From the NCBI RefSeq assembly GCF_030028105.1, contig NC_092371.1:190152031-190216030 (forward strand): a DNA stretch of 64,000 nt, given 5' to 3'. The DNA is from Mobula birostris (lineage: Eukaryota). Each line of letters begins with the position of its first letter. Position 1 is the stretch's first letter. Made by a program: the position numbers and the translations under genes. Below, in pieces: positions 38,111-50,440 of this stretch. Below the pieces are notes generated by a model, which saw nothing but the letters and a program-made list of their open reading frames with translations, made no database searches and had not been told where the DNA came from.

Positions 38111-39759
38111 GTCTCCCGGAAAACCGCATCTGCACCAGGCGCATTGATCTGCAGCTCCCAAGAGAACGAAATAAAGAACTGGATCTGCAGCTCGATGATC
38201 TTCGGCTCATAGGGGAGAATGTGGCGATTGACAAGAGCTGCAGGGAGGTAGTCACCCCTAGGTTGCGGGAGAAAGGTAACCGGGTGACTGTCAGGAGAAG
38301 GAAGAGAATACACAACCAGTGCAGAGTGCCCTTGTGGCCATTCTCCTCAATAATAAGTATACCACTTTAGATACATTGAGGGGGATGACCTACCATTGGG
38401 GAGCCACAGTGACTGGGTCTCTAGCACTGAGTCCGGCACTGTGGCTCAGAAGAGCAGAGAGGTGAAGAGGACTGCAGTGTTGGTAGGAGATTCCCTAGTC
38501 AGAGGGGCAGAGACGAGGTTCTGTAGGTGTGATAGAGGCACCCGGATGGTATGTTGTTTCCCTGGTGTCAGAATCAGGTATGTCTTGGATTGGGTCTATG
38601 CCTTTCTCAAGGGCAAGAGTGAATAGCTTGGTACATGTTGGCACGAATGACATAGGTAGACAAGGCGAGGAGGTGCTGAAGAGAGACTTTAGGGTGCTAG
38701 ATAGAATGCTGAGAAACAGGACCTCCAGTGTAGTAATCTCCAGATTGCTCTCTGTGCCATGCGCCAGTGAGGGTAGGGATAGTTTGCTTTGGCAGGTGAA
38801 TGCATGGCTGAGGAACTGATGCAGGGGGCAGTGGTTCAGATCTATGGATCATTGAGCTCTCTTCTAGGAAAAGTATGACCTGTCCAAAAGGGAAAGGTTA
38901 CGCTTGAACCCAAGTGGATCCAGTATCCTTGCGACCAGATTGGCAAGAGTTGCTCTGGAAGATTTAGACTAATTTGGCAGGGGGGTGGGAACCAGAGTGA
39001 CAATGCTGAAGATGAGGTTGTTAGGTTACAACAGAGGCAATGTGTAGTAAGGCTGTTGACAGGGCAATATTGCAGTCAACAGGATGAGTTGCCATGTAAA
39101 AGGCAGACAAGATCCAAAAGGATGAATACAGGACTGAAGGTGTTGTAATTGAATGTGTGCTAGTATACGGAATAAAGTAAATGAACATGTAGCACAGTTA
39201 TTGGTTGGTATGTATGATGTTGTAGGCATCACTGAATCATGGCTGAAAAAGATTATAGCTGAGAGTTTAATGTCCAAGTATACACATTGTATCAAAAGGT
39301 CAGGCAGGTGGGTAGAGTGGATGGTGTTGCTCTATTGGTAAAAAAAGAAATCAAATCGTTGGAAAGAAATGACATAGGTCTGAAGATAGATGTCATTTAG
39401 ACCAGATAGTGTACACGCCATGGTTCTGAAAGAGGCAGCTGGAGAGATTATGGAAGCATTGGTAATGATCTTCCAAGAATCACTAGATTCTGGAATGGTT
39501 CCGGAAGACTAGAAAATTGCAAATGTCACTCCACTCTTCATGAAGGGAGAGTAGCAGAAGAAAGGAAACGATAAGCCAGTTAGCCTGACATCAGTGGCTG
39601 GGAAGATGTTGAAGTTGATTGTTAAGGATGTGGTTTCCGGGTTCTTGGAGACACATGATAAAAAAGGCCATAGTCAGTATGGTTTCCTCAAGGGAAAATC
39701 TTGCCTGACAAATCTGTTGGAATTCTTTGAAGAAATAACAAGCAGGATAGACAAAGGAG
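38110..39759 (+). mobile_element. CR1 ORF1 (SGNH esterase) plus internally deleted ORF2 (outer element of second nest, 5' part)
   Basis: LVGDSLVRG, VHVGTND, VVGITESW, GFLKGKSCLTNLLEFFEEITSRIDKG; resumes at ~50441. Confidence 0.85.
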
Positions 39760-41750
39760 CTGACTTTCTCAAACTTTTTGCCCTGGAAGAACCCTTGAAA
39801 TTATTTTCAGGTTTCAGGGAACCGCTGCATGAAAATTATTATATCTGCAGCTCATGACCAGTATAATAATCCAAAAGTAATTTTCAATGCTCTTTTGAGT
39901 AGAGAATGAATTTTTAGTTTACCTTTCTTGAAATTAATCTCTTTCTTTCCCTTTCATAAATTTTAAAAACTCATAAGGCAAACATAATAAATTTCTCAAT
40001 TCTGGGTCAAACCTGAGATAAGCACTCATTAATTTCATGTTCAACTGAAATCAGACGATCTCTTTCCTTGCACTTGATGCTTGTTAAACAAGAAAAAGCT
40101 TGCTCACACATGTAAGAAGTTGAAAACCACTTCAAAATGTTTATTGCTTTCCTATGAATGGCAGGATACTCTTCTTTCACAGAAATCCAGAACTTGCCCA
40201 GGGACAGGTTAGTAAATTTTGAGTGCATGATCAGAGTGCAACTCACAAAGTTCTTCCTCTTCTCTCAAAGTTGATTTCTCAGAGGGAGCAGAAGGTTCAG
40301 AGAAAGATTCCTTCACCCAGTCATATACTTGTTCTGAAAGGGAGGAAAATACTGTTCAATTTTGTTCTGTAGTTCTTCCAGGTGGTTTTCAATAAAACTC
40401 GAGACTTTCTGATATCCTTCCTCACTCTCAAGCCCAAGCAGCAGTGGAAACATTTTTTAAGATTTCCTATTGCAACATGATTTTTCCAAAGGTTCAACTT
40501 CCTTTTAAATTCAAGAACCCTGCCACTTGAAGTCAGAACATTTTCTCCAGGGCCTTACAGAGACTTGTTCAACTGGTTCATATGATGAAAAATGTCTGTT
40601 AATAGGCTAGTTTCTGCAGCCATACTTCAATTTCAAGGCACTCAACAAAACCTGGCCATTTTCTTGAAGGTACTCCTATAATTCACCTTTCAGCTCTATC
40701 ACCCTATTGAGAACTTCTCCTTTGCTGAGCCACCAGACTTTTGTATGTAGCAGCAGATTGGTGTGCTCTTTGTCCAGGTTTTCACACAGTTCTTTAAACA
40801 TTCTCTTGTGAACTAGTCTTAAAGCAACAAAATAACTTGCTTCCTGATCCTTTTAAAATAAATAGGACTTTATGAGTCATATGTAGCTGTGCCTTTTCAA
40901 TTTTGCTTGAGCCATTGCTACATTTGTTGTTTGCCTCTGCTAGACACATGGAATATGACATCTTGGATCACAAATCCATGTAAAATCCATTGATAAGTAG
41001 CTTTCATTGTAAAGATAGACTTTTTTCGTGTCTGTTGTTACACTAGTGCAGTGAAATGACTCAGATGATTGTAATTCATCATTAACATCAGATTTGTCCG
41101 TAGGCCTAGGCCTCTTCCATCTCTCATCTCCTCCTCAAAAATCGCCACACTGGACTGTCTTTAGAATGAAAAAATCCCTCCAATTTTCTACCACACCATA
41201 GAGGTTGTACGCTCCCATAAGTCAGGCAGCAGCGCATAAGGGGAAATTGCGGGAGGTAGTTCGAGAGGGAGAGGCTGACGTCACAGTCCAAGTTGGGCGA
41301 GTTTGTTCAATGCTCAGAAAATGCACTTCATGCTCCTCATCAGCCTACCGTCCTCCACTCTGTATAGAACAGCGTTCATCAATTATCAGCCCACCGTCCT
41401 CCCCTCTGTGCAATACAACACTCATCAATTATCAGCCCACCGTCCTCCCCTCTGTGCAATACAACACTCATCAATTATCAGCCCACCGTCCTCCCCTCTG
41501 TGCAATACAACACTCATCAATTATCAGCCCACCGTCCTCCCCTTTGTGCAATACAACACTCATCAATTATCAGCCCACCGTCCTCCCCTCTGTGCAATAC
41601 AACACTCACCAATTATCAGCCTACTGTCCTCCCCTCAGTGCAATACAGCACTCACCAGTTATCAGCCTACTGTCCTCCGCTCTGTGCAAATATCACTGGC
41701 CTACCGTAACTTGCGACGAAAACTAAGAATAGACTCAATCAAATAAAAAC
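39760..41750 (-). mobile_element. hAT Buster/Charlie-type DNA transposon remnant
   Basis: Terminus c.gactttctcaaactttt; FWISVKEEYP..AINIL..FSTSYMCEQAFS.L..IK...R.RL (hAT dimerisation domain); YNESYL near the N-terminus. Confidence 0.8.
41338..41706. repeat. 46-bp minisatellite, about 8 copies
   Basis: Unit caattatcagcccaccgtcctcccctctgtgcaatacaacactcat at 41380, 41426, 41472, 41518, 41564, 41610, 41656. Confidence 0.95.
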
Positions 41751-41911
41751 GTCCTATGGTTCTTGTGATGGGTGAATTTAACCTTCCAAATACTGACTGG
41801 CATTTCCTTAGAGAAAGGGGTTTAGGTGAGGTGGAGGTTATCAGGTGTGTTCAGGAAGGTTTCTTGAAGCGACATGTAGATAAGCCAACAAGAGGAAATG
41901 CTGTACTTCAT

Positions 41912-42307
41912 TGGTGTTGGTGTCTGAAAAGAGGATGCTGTCCAAGTTGCATGCCATCATGGACAATGTCTCCCATCCACTACATAATGGACTGGTTGGG
42001 CACAGGAGTACATTCAGCCAGAGACTCATTCCACCAAGTTGCAACACTGAGTGTCATAGGAAGTCATTTCTGCCTGTGGCTATCAAACTTTACAACTCCT
42101 CCCTTGGAGGGTCAGACACTCTGAGCCAATAGGCTGGTCCTGGACTTATTTCCATCTGGCATGATTTACTTATTATTAATTAAATAATTTATGGTTTTAT
42201 ATTACTATATTTATACTCTATTCTTGGTTGGTGCATCTGTAACAAAACCCAATTTCCCTCGGGATCAATAAAGTATGTCTATCTACCTATCTATCTATCT
42301 ATCTATC
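41912..42307 (+). mobile_element. Rex1/Babar 3' end inserted in CR1
   Basis: SHPLH..SFLPVAIKLYN, aataaa and (ATCT)n tail; same family as 35609-36434. Confidence 0.9.
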
Positions 42308-44273
42308 TGGTATTGGGAAATGAACTTGGTCAGGTGTCAGATCTCTCAGTGGAAGAGCATTTTGGAGGTAGTGATCACAACTCTATCTCCTTTACTATAG
42401 CGCTAGAGAGGGTTTGGAACAGAAAATTTGGGAAAACATTTAATTGGGGTAGGGGGAAATATGATGTTATTAGACAGGAACTTGGGAACATAAATTGGAA
42501 GCAGGTGTTCTTGAGGAAATGCATGACAGAAATGTGGCAAATGTTCAGGGAACATTTGCATGACATTCTGCATAGGTAGGTTCCATTCAGACAAGGAAGG
42601 GATGATAGGGTAAAAGAACCATGGTGTACAAACTATGTAGAAAATCTAGTTGAGAAGAAAAGAAAAGCTTATAAAAAGGTTCAAGAAACTAGGTACTGTT
42701 AGAGCTCTAGAAAATTGCAAGGGTGTCAGGAAGGAGCTCAAGAATGAAATTCGGAGAGTTAGAAGGGGCTATGAAAAAAGCTTGGCGAGCAGGATTAAGG
42801 AAAACCCCTTGGCATTCTACAAGTATGTGAAGAGCAAGAGGATGAGCCGTGTGATAATAGGACCAATCAGGATTGAGAGTATAAACATGTGCGTGAAGCT
42901 GGAGGAGGTAGTGGAGGTACTAAATGAATACTTTGCTTCATTATTCACCAGTGAAAAGGACCCTGGCAATTGTGGGGATGACTTACAGTGGACTGAAACA
43001 TTTGAGTGTAAAGACATTAAGAAAGAGGATGTGCTGGAGTTTTTGAAAGGTATTAAGTTAGATAAGTCACATGGACCGGATGAGATATACCCCAGGCTAC
43101 TGTGGGAAGTGAGGGAGGAGATTGCTGAGCCTCTGGTGATGATCTTTGCATCATCAATAGGGATGGGAGAAGTACAAGAGGATTGGAAGGTTGCAAACGT
43201 TGTTCCCTTGTTCAAGAAAGGGAGTAGAGATAACCAGGAAATTATAGACCAGTGAGTCTTACTTCAGCGGTGGGCAAATTGTTGGAGAAGATCCTGAAAG
43301 GCAGGGTTTATGAGCATTTGGAGAGACAGAATCTGATTAGGCATAGTCAGCATGGCTTTGTCAAGGGCAGGTCGTGCCTTGGAACCTGATTGAATTATTT
43401 GAGGAAGTAACAAAGCACATTGATGAAGGTAGAGCAGTGGATGTAGTGTATATAGATTTCAGTAAGGAATTTGATAAGGTTCCCCATGTGGGGCTCATTC
43501 AGAAAGTAATGAGGCATGGGATCCAAGGAGACCTTGCTTTATGGATCTGGAATTGGCTTGCCCATAGAAGGCAGAGGGTAGATGGTTCGTATTCTGCATG
43601 GAGGACGGTGACCAGTGGTGTGCCTCAGGGATCTGTGCTGGGGCCCCCTCCTCTTTGTGATTTTTATAAATGACTTGGATGAGGAAGTAGAAGGTTGGGT
43701 TAGTAAGTTTGCTGATGATACAAAAGTTGGGGGTGTCATGGGTACTCTAGATGGGTGTGAGAGGTTACAGCAGGACATCGATAGGATGCAGAACTGGGCT
43801 GAGAGGTGGCAGATGGAGTTCAACCCACGTAAGTGTGAAGTGGTTCATTTCAGTAGGCCAAATTTGAAGACAGAATATAAAATAAATGATAAGTCTCTTG
43901 GCAGTGTGGAGGTTCAGTGAGATCTTGGGGTCTGTGTCCATAGGACACTCAAAGCTGTTGCACAGGTTGACAGTGTTGTTAAGAAGGCGTTTGGTGTGTT
44001 GGCCTTCATCAACCGTGGGACTGATTTCAAGAGCCATGAGGTAATGTTACAGCTATATAAGATGTTAGTTAGACTCCACTTGGAGTACTGTGTTCAGTTC
44101 TGGTCACCTCACTACAGGAAGGATGCAAATGCTATAGAGAGAGTGCAGAGGAGATTTACAAGGATATTTAAATGCAAACAACAGGAATTCTGCAGATGCT
44201 GGAAATTCAAGCAACACACATCAAAGTTGCTGGTGAACGCAGCAGGCCAAGCAGCATCTGTAGGAAGAGGTGC

Positions 44274-44309
44274 AGTCGGCGTTTCAGGCCGAGACCCTTC
44301 GTCAGGACT
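44274..44309 (-). ncRNA. Hammerhead motif with mutated cleavage triplet (GCC)
   Basis: Reverse complement agtc-CTGACGA-a-gggt-ctcg-gcct-GAAA-c-GCC-gact. Confidence 0.6.
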
Positions 44310-44603
44310 AACTGAAGGAAGAGTGAGTAAGGGATTTGAAAGTTGGAGAGGGAGGGGGAGATCCAAAATGATAGGAGAAGACAGGAGGGGGAGGGATAGA
44401 GCCAAGAGCTGGACAAGTGATAGGCAAAAGGGGATACGAGAGGATCATGGGACAGGAGGTCCGGGAAGAAAGACAAGGGGGGGGGGACCCAGAGGATGGG
44501 CAAGAGGTATATTCAGAGGGACAGAGGGAGAAAAAGGAGAGTGAGAGAAAGAATGTGTGCATAAAAATGAGTAACATATGGGGTACGAGGGGGAGGTGGA
44601 GTC

Positions 44604-45919
44604 TTAGCGGAAGTTAGAGAAGTCGATGTTCATGCCATCAGGTTGGAGGCTACCCAGACGGAATATAAGGTGTTGTTCCTCCAACCTGAGTGTGGCTTCA
44701 TCTTTACAGTAGAGGAGGCCGTGGATAAACATGTCAGAATGGGAATGGGATGTGGAATTAAAATATGTGGCCACTGGGAGATCCTGCTTTCTCTGGCGGA
44801 CAGAGCGTAGATGTTCAGCAAAGCGGTCTCCCAGTCTGCGTCGGGTCTCGCCAATATATAAAAGGCCACATCGGGAGCACCGGACGCAGTATATCACCCC
44901 AGTCGACTCACAGGTGAAGTGTTGCCTCACCTGGAAGGGCTGTTTGGGGCCCTGAATGGTGGTAAGGGAGGAAGTGTAAGGGCATATGTAGCACTTGTTC
45001 CGCTTACACGGATAAGTGCCAGGAGGGAGATCAGTGGGGAGGGATGGGGGGGACGAATGGACAAGGGAATTGTGTAGGGAGCGATCCCTGCGGAATGCAG
45101 AGAGATGGGGGGAGGGAAAGACGTGCTTAGTGGTGGGATCCCATTGGAGGTGGCGGAAGTTACAGAGAATAATATGTTGGACCCGGAGGCTGGTGGGGTG
45201 GTAGGTGAGGACCAGGGGAACCCTATTCCTAGTGGGGTGCGGGAGGATGGAGTGAGAGCAGATGTACGTGAAATGGGGGAGATGCGTTTAAGGGCAGAGT
45301 TGATAGTGGAGGAAGGGAAGCCCCTTTCTTTAAAAAAGGAAGACATCTCCCTCATCCTAGAATGAAAAGCCTCATCCTGAGAGCAGATGCGGTGGAGACG
45401 GAGGAATTGCGAGAAGGGGATGGCGTTTTTGCAAGAGACAAGGTGAGAAGAGGAATAGTCCAGATAGTTGTGAGAGTCAGTAGGCTTATAGTAGACATCA
45501 GTGGATAAGCTGTCTCCAGAGACAGAGACAGAAAGATCTAGAAAGGGGAGGGAGGTGTCGGAAATGGACCAGGTAAACTTGAGGGCAGGGTGAAAGTTGG
45601 AGGCAAAGTTAATAAAGTCAACGAGTTCTGCATGCGTGCAGGAAGCAGCGCCAATGCAGTCATCGATGTAGCGAAGGAAAAGTAGGGGACAGATACCAGA
45701 ATAGGCACGGAACATAGATTGTTCCACAAACCCAACAAAAAGGCAGGCATAGCTAGGACCCATACAGGTGCCCATAGCTACACCTTTAGTTTGGAGGAAG
45801 TGGGAGGAGCCAAAGGAGAAATTATTAAGAGTAAGGACTAATTCCGCTAGACGGAGTAGAGTGGTAGTAGAGGGGAACTGATTAGGTCTGGAATCCAAAA
45901 AGAAGCGTAGAGCTTTGAG
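44604..45919 (-). pseudogene. 5'-truncated PLE RT + GIY-YIG (frameshifted)
   Basis: GVAMGTCMGPSYA, FLRYIDDC; GVIYCVRCSRCGLLYIGETRRRLGDRFAEH...DGMNIDFSNFR*. Confidence 0.9.
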
Positions 45920-46182
45920 CCAGTCCTTATATACTTCCATCCCCCATCAGGAAAGTCCAGTCCTTATATACTTCCATCCCCCATCAGGAAGGTCTCAAAG
46001 CTCTACGCTCCACCCTTGTCTTTCTTCCCGGACCTCCTGTCCCATGATCCTCTCGTATCCCCTTTTGCCTATCACCTGTCCAGCTCTTGGCTCCATCCCT
46101 CCCCCTCCTGTCTTCTCCTATCATTTTGGATCTCCCCCTCCCCCTCCAACTTTCAAATCCCTTACTCACTCTTCCTTCAGTT

Positions 46183-46218
46183 AGTCCTGATGAAGGGTCT
46201 CGGCCTGAAACGTCGACT
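46183..46218 (+). ncRNA. Minimal type I hammerhead ribozyme motif (best-preserved core)
   Basis: agtc-CTGATGA-a-gggt-ctcg-gcct-GAAA-c-GTC-gact; predicted cleavage 3' of C46214. Confidence 0.78.
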
Positions 46219-46929
46219 GCACCTCTTCCTACAGATGCTGCTTGGCCTGCTGTGTTCACCAGCAACTTTGATGTGTGTTGTTTACAAGGATATTGCCTGG
46301 ATGGAGAGCATGCCTTATGAGAACAGGTTGAGTGAACATGGCCTTTTCTCCTTGGAACAATGGAGGATGAGAGGTGACCTGATGGAGGTGTACAAGATGA
46401 TAAGTGGCATTGATCATGTGGATAGCCAGAAGCTTTTCCCCAGGGCTGGAGTGGCTAACACGAGGGAGAATAGTTTTAAGTTGCTTGGAAGTAGGTACAG
46501 AGGGGATGTCAAAGATAAGACTTTCACACAGAAAGTGGTGGGTGTGTGGAATGCACTGCCAGGGACAGTGGTGGAGGCAGATACAATAGGGCCTTTTAAG
46601 AGCCTTTCAGGTAGGTACATGGAGCTTAGAAATATAGTGGGCTATGCGGAAGGGAAATTCTAGGCAGCTTCTAAATTAGATTACATGGTTGGCACAACAT
46701 TGTGGGCTGAATGGCCTGTAATGTGCTGCAGATTTCCTACGTTCCATATTCTTTGTACTGCACTCTGCCATACTGGGCTGAGATTGCTAATGGGGCTACT
46801 TGGTCAGAGCCCACCACTGCAAGCGTGAGCATCGCACGTTGCGCAAAGTTCAAAAAACTATATATTTTTTATCACAATCTCTCGCAGAACCCCGGTAGAC
46901 AAAGCCTGCAAATCCTGTGTTCTTAGATT

Positions 46930-49900
46930 TTCAGTAATGATAGGGAACTCTATAGTTAGGGGGTCAGATATGCGATTCTGTGGACACAGGAAAGAAATTC
47001 GAATGGTAGTTTGCCTCCCATGTACCAGAGTCCGGGATGTTTCTGATCACATCCACGATATCCTGCAGTGGGAGGGAGAACAGCCAAAGGTTGTAGTACA
47101 TATTGGTACCAATGACACAGGTAGGAAAAGGGAAGAGGTCCTGAAAAAAGACTACAGGGAGTTAGGAAGGAAGTTAAGAAACAGGACCGCAAAGGTAGTA
47201 ATCTCGGGATTACTGCCTGTGCCACGCGACAGTGAGAATAGGAATAGAATGAGGTGAAGGATAAATGTGTGGCTGAGGGATTGGAGCAGGGGGCAGGAAT
47301 TCAGATTTCTGGATCATTGGGATCTCTTTTGGGGCAGGTGTGACCTGTACAAAAAGGACGGGTTGCACTTGAATCCCAGGGGGACCAATATCCTGGCGGG
47401 GAGGTTTGTTGAGGCTACTGGGGAGAGTTTAAACTAGAATTGTTTTGGGGGTGGGAACCGATCTGAAGAGACTGGGGAAGAGGAGGTAGTCTCACAAATA
47501 GAGAAAGCTTGTGGACAGTGCGAGAGGGAGGATAGGCAGGTGATAGAGAAGGGATGCGCTCAGACCGAAGGTTTGAGATGTGTCTATTTTAACCCAAGGA
47601 GTGTTGTGAACAAAGTGGATGAGCTAAGAGCGTGAATCAGTACTTGGAGCTATGATGTGGTGGCCATTACAGAGACTTGGATGGCTCAGGGACAGGAATG
47701 GTTACTTCAAGTGCCGGGTTTTAGATGTTTCAGAAAGGTCAGGGAGGGAGGCAAAAGAGGTGGGGCCTGGCACTGTAGATCAGAGATAGTGTCACGGTTG
47801 CAGAAAAGGTGGACGTCATGGAGAGAGTGTCTACGGAGTCACTGTGGGTGGAGGTTAGGAACAGGAAGGGGTCAATAACTTTAATGGGTGTTTTTTATAA
47901 GCTGCCCAATAGTAACAGGGATATCGAGGAGCAGATACGGAAACAGATCCTGAAAAGGTGTAATAATAACCGAGTTGTCATGATGGGAGATTTTAATTTC
48001 CCAAATATCAATTGGCATCTCCCTAGAGCAAGGGGTTTAGATGGGGTGGAGTTTGTTTGGTGTGTTCAGGAAGGTTTCCTGACACAATATGTAGATTGGC
48101 CTACAAGAGGAGAGACTGTACTTGATTTGATATTGGGAAATGAACCTGGTCAGGTGTCAGATCTCTCAGTGGGAGAGCATTTTGGAGACAGTGATCATAA
48201 TTCTATCTCCTTTACAATAGCATTGGAGAGAGATAGGAACAGACAAGTTAGAAAAGCATTTAATTGGAGTAAGGGGAATTATGAGGCTATCAGGCAGGGA
48301 CTTGGAAGCTTAAATTGGGAACAGATGTTCTCAGGGAAAGGTATGGAAGAAATGTGGCAAATGTTCAAGGGATATTTGTGTGGAGTTCTGCATAGATACG
48401 TTCCAATGAGACAGGGAAGTTATGGTAGGGTACAGGAAATGTCGTGTACAAAGGCTGTAGTAAATCTAGTCAAGAAGAAAAGAAAAGCTTATGAAAGGTT
48501 CAGAGAGCTAGGTAATGTTAGAGATCTAGAAGATTATAAGGCCATCAGGAAGGAGCTTAAGAAGGAAATTAGGAAAGCCAGAAGGGGCCATGAGAAGACC
48601 TTGGCAGGCAGGATTAAGGAAAACCCCAAGACATTCTACAAGTATGTGAGAAGCAAGAGGATAAGATGTGAAAGAATAGGACCTCTCAAGTGTGACAGTG
48701 GGAAAGTGTGTATGGAACCGGAGGAGATAGCAGAGGTACTTAATGAATACTTTACTTCAGTACTCACTATGGAAAAGAATCTTGGTGACTGTAGTGATGA
48801 GTTGCAGCGGACTGGAAAGCTTGAGCATGTAGATATTAAGAAAGAGGATGTGCTGGAGCTTTTGAAAAGCATCAAGTTGGATAAGTCGCTGGGACCAGAT
48901 GAGATGTATCCCAGGCTACCGCGGGAGGCGAGGGAGGTGATTGCTGATCTGGCAATGATCTTTGCATCATCAATGGGGACAGGAGAGGTTCCGGAGGATC
49001 GGAGGGCTGTGGATGTTGTTCCATTATTCAAGAAAGGGAGTAGAGATGGCCAAGGAAATTATAGACCAGTGAGTCTTACTTCAGTGGTAGGTAAGTTGAT
49101 GAAGAAGATTCTGAGAGGCAGGATTATGAACATTTGGAGAGGTATAATATGATTAGGAATAGTCAGCATGGCTTTGTCAAGGGCAGGTCGTGCCTTACGA
49201 GCCTGATTGAATTTTTTGAGGACGTGACTACACACATTGATGAAGGAAGAGTAGTAGATGTAGTGTATATGGATTTCAGCAAGGCATTTGATAAGGTACC
49301 CCATGCAAAGCTTATTGAGAAAGTAAGGAGGCATGGGATCCAAGAGGACATTGCTTTGTGGATCCAGAACTGGCTTACCCACAGAAGGCAAAGAGTGGTT
49401 GTAGAGGGGTCATATTCTGCATGGAGATCAGAAACCAGTGGTGTGCTTCAGGGATCTGTTCTGGGACCCCTGCTCTTTGTGATTTTTTATAAATGACCTG
49501 GATGAGGAAGTGGAGGGATGAGTTAGTAAGTTTGTTAATGAGACAAAGGTTGGGGTTGTTGTGGATAGCGTAGAGGGCTGTCAGAGGTTGCAGCGGGACA
49601 TTGATAGGATGCAAAACTGGGCTGAGAAGTTGCAGATGGAGTTCAACCCAGATAAGTGTGAAGTGGTTCATTTTGGTAGGTCAAATATGATGGCAGTATA
49701 TAGTATTAATGGTAAGACTCTTGGCAGTGTGGAGTATCAGAGGCATCTTGGGGTCTGAGTCCATAGGACGCTCAAAGCAGCTGCACAGGTTGACTGTGAG
49801 GTTAAGAAGGCATACGGTGTATTGGCCTTCATCAATCATGGAATTGAATTTAGGAGCCGAGGGGTAATGTTGCAGCTATATAGGACGCTGGTCACACCCC

Positions 49901-50440
49901 ACTTGGAGTACTGTGCTCAGTTCTGGTCACCTCACTACAGGAAGGATGTGTAAACCATAGAAAGGATGTAGAGGAGATTTACAAGGATGTTGCCTGGATT
50001 GGGGAGCATGCCTTATGAAGACAGGCTGAGTGAAGTCGGCCTTTTTAGCTTGGAGCGAAGGAGGATGAGAGGTGACCTGATAGAGGTGTATAAGATGATG
50101 AAAGGCATTGATCATGTGGATGGTCAGAGGCTTTTTCTCAGGGCTGAAATGGCTGCCACAAGAGGACACAGGTTTAAGGTTCTTGGGAGTAGGTACAGAG
50201 GAGATGTCAGGGGTAAGTTTTTTACTCATGTGGTGAGTGCGTGAAATGGGCTGCCGGCAGCGGTGGTGGAGGCGGATACGATAGGGTCTTTTAAGAGACT
50301 TTTGGATAGGTATATGGAGCTTAGAAAAATAGAGGCCTGTGGGTAACCCTAGTAATTTCTAAGGTAGGAACATGTTCGGCACAACTTTGTGGGCTGAAGG
50401 GCCTGTATTGTGCTGTGGGTTTTCTATTCTATGTTTCTAT
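46930..50440 (+). mobile_element. Relatively young CR1 LINE (ORF1 SGNH C-terminus, near-complete disrupted ORF2, 3' tail)
   Basis: IGNSIVRG, VHIGTND, DGLHL; 447-aa EN/linker ORF at 47809-49152; YMDFSKAFDKVPH; tail ttctattctatgtttctat. Confidence 0.93.

Larger units (their letters stand above)
44169..46280. mobile_element. Head-to-head inverted Neptune-type Penelope-like insertion (#3)
   Basis: Minus arm 44169-45919 (RT + GIY-YIG), rearranged junction, plus arm ~46010-46280; 14-bp TSD TTTACAAGGATATT (44155-44168 and 46281-46294). Confidence 0.93.
41755..46750 (+). mobile_element. CR1 ORF2 (EN-RT) to 3' end, interrupted by Rex1 and PLE insertions
   Basis: MGEFNLP; SDHN; KSHGPDEIYP; YIDFSKEFD; PQGSVLGP; FADDTK; ERVQRRFTR | LPGWRA; 3' tail near 46745. 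Confidence 0.9.

Noticed and set aside
41338-41706. Regularly spaced repeats resembling a CRISPR array, and the 147-173 aa repetitive ORFs over them
   Set aside because: The units are contiguous with no unique spacers, the context is eukaryotic, and the ORFs are by-products of the minisatellite.
43996-44544. 182-aa ORF as a novel CR1-PLE fusion protein
   Set aside because: It is chance read-through from decayed CR1 RT into the antisense PLE 3'UTR.
47809-49152. 447-aa ORF as a functional gene
   Set aside because: It is a CR1 ORF2 segment bounded by stops upstream and frameshifts downstream; the YADD-type motif reads FVNE.
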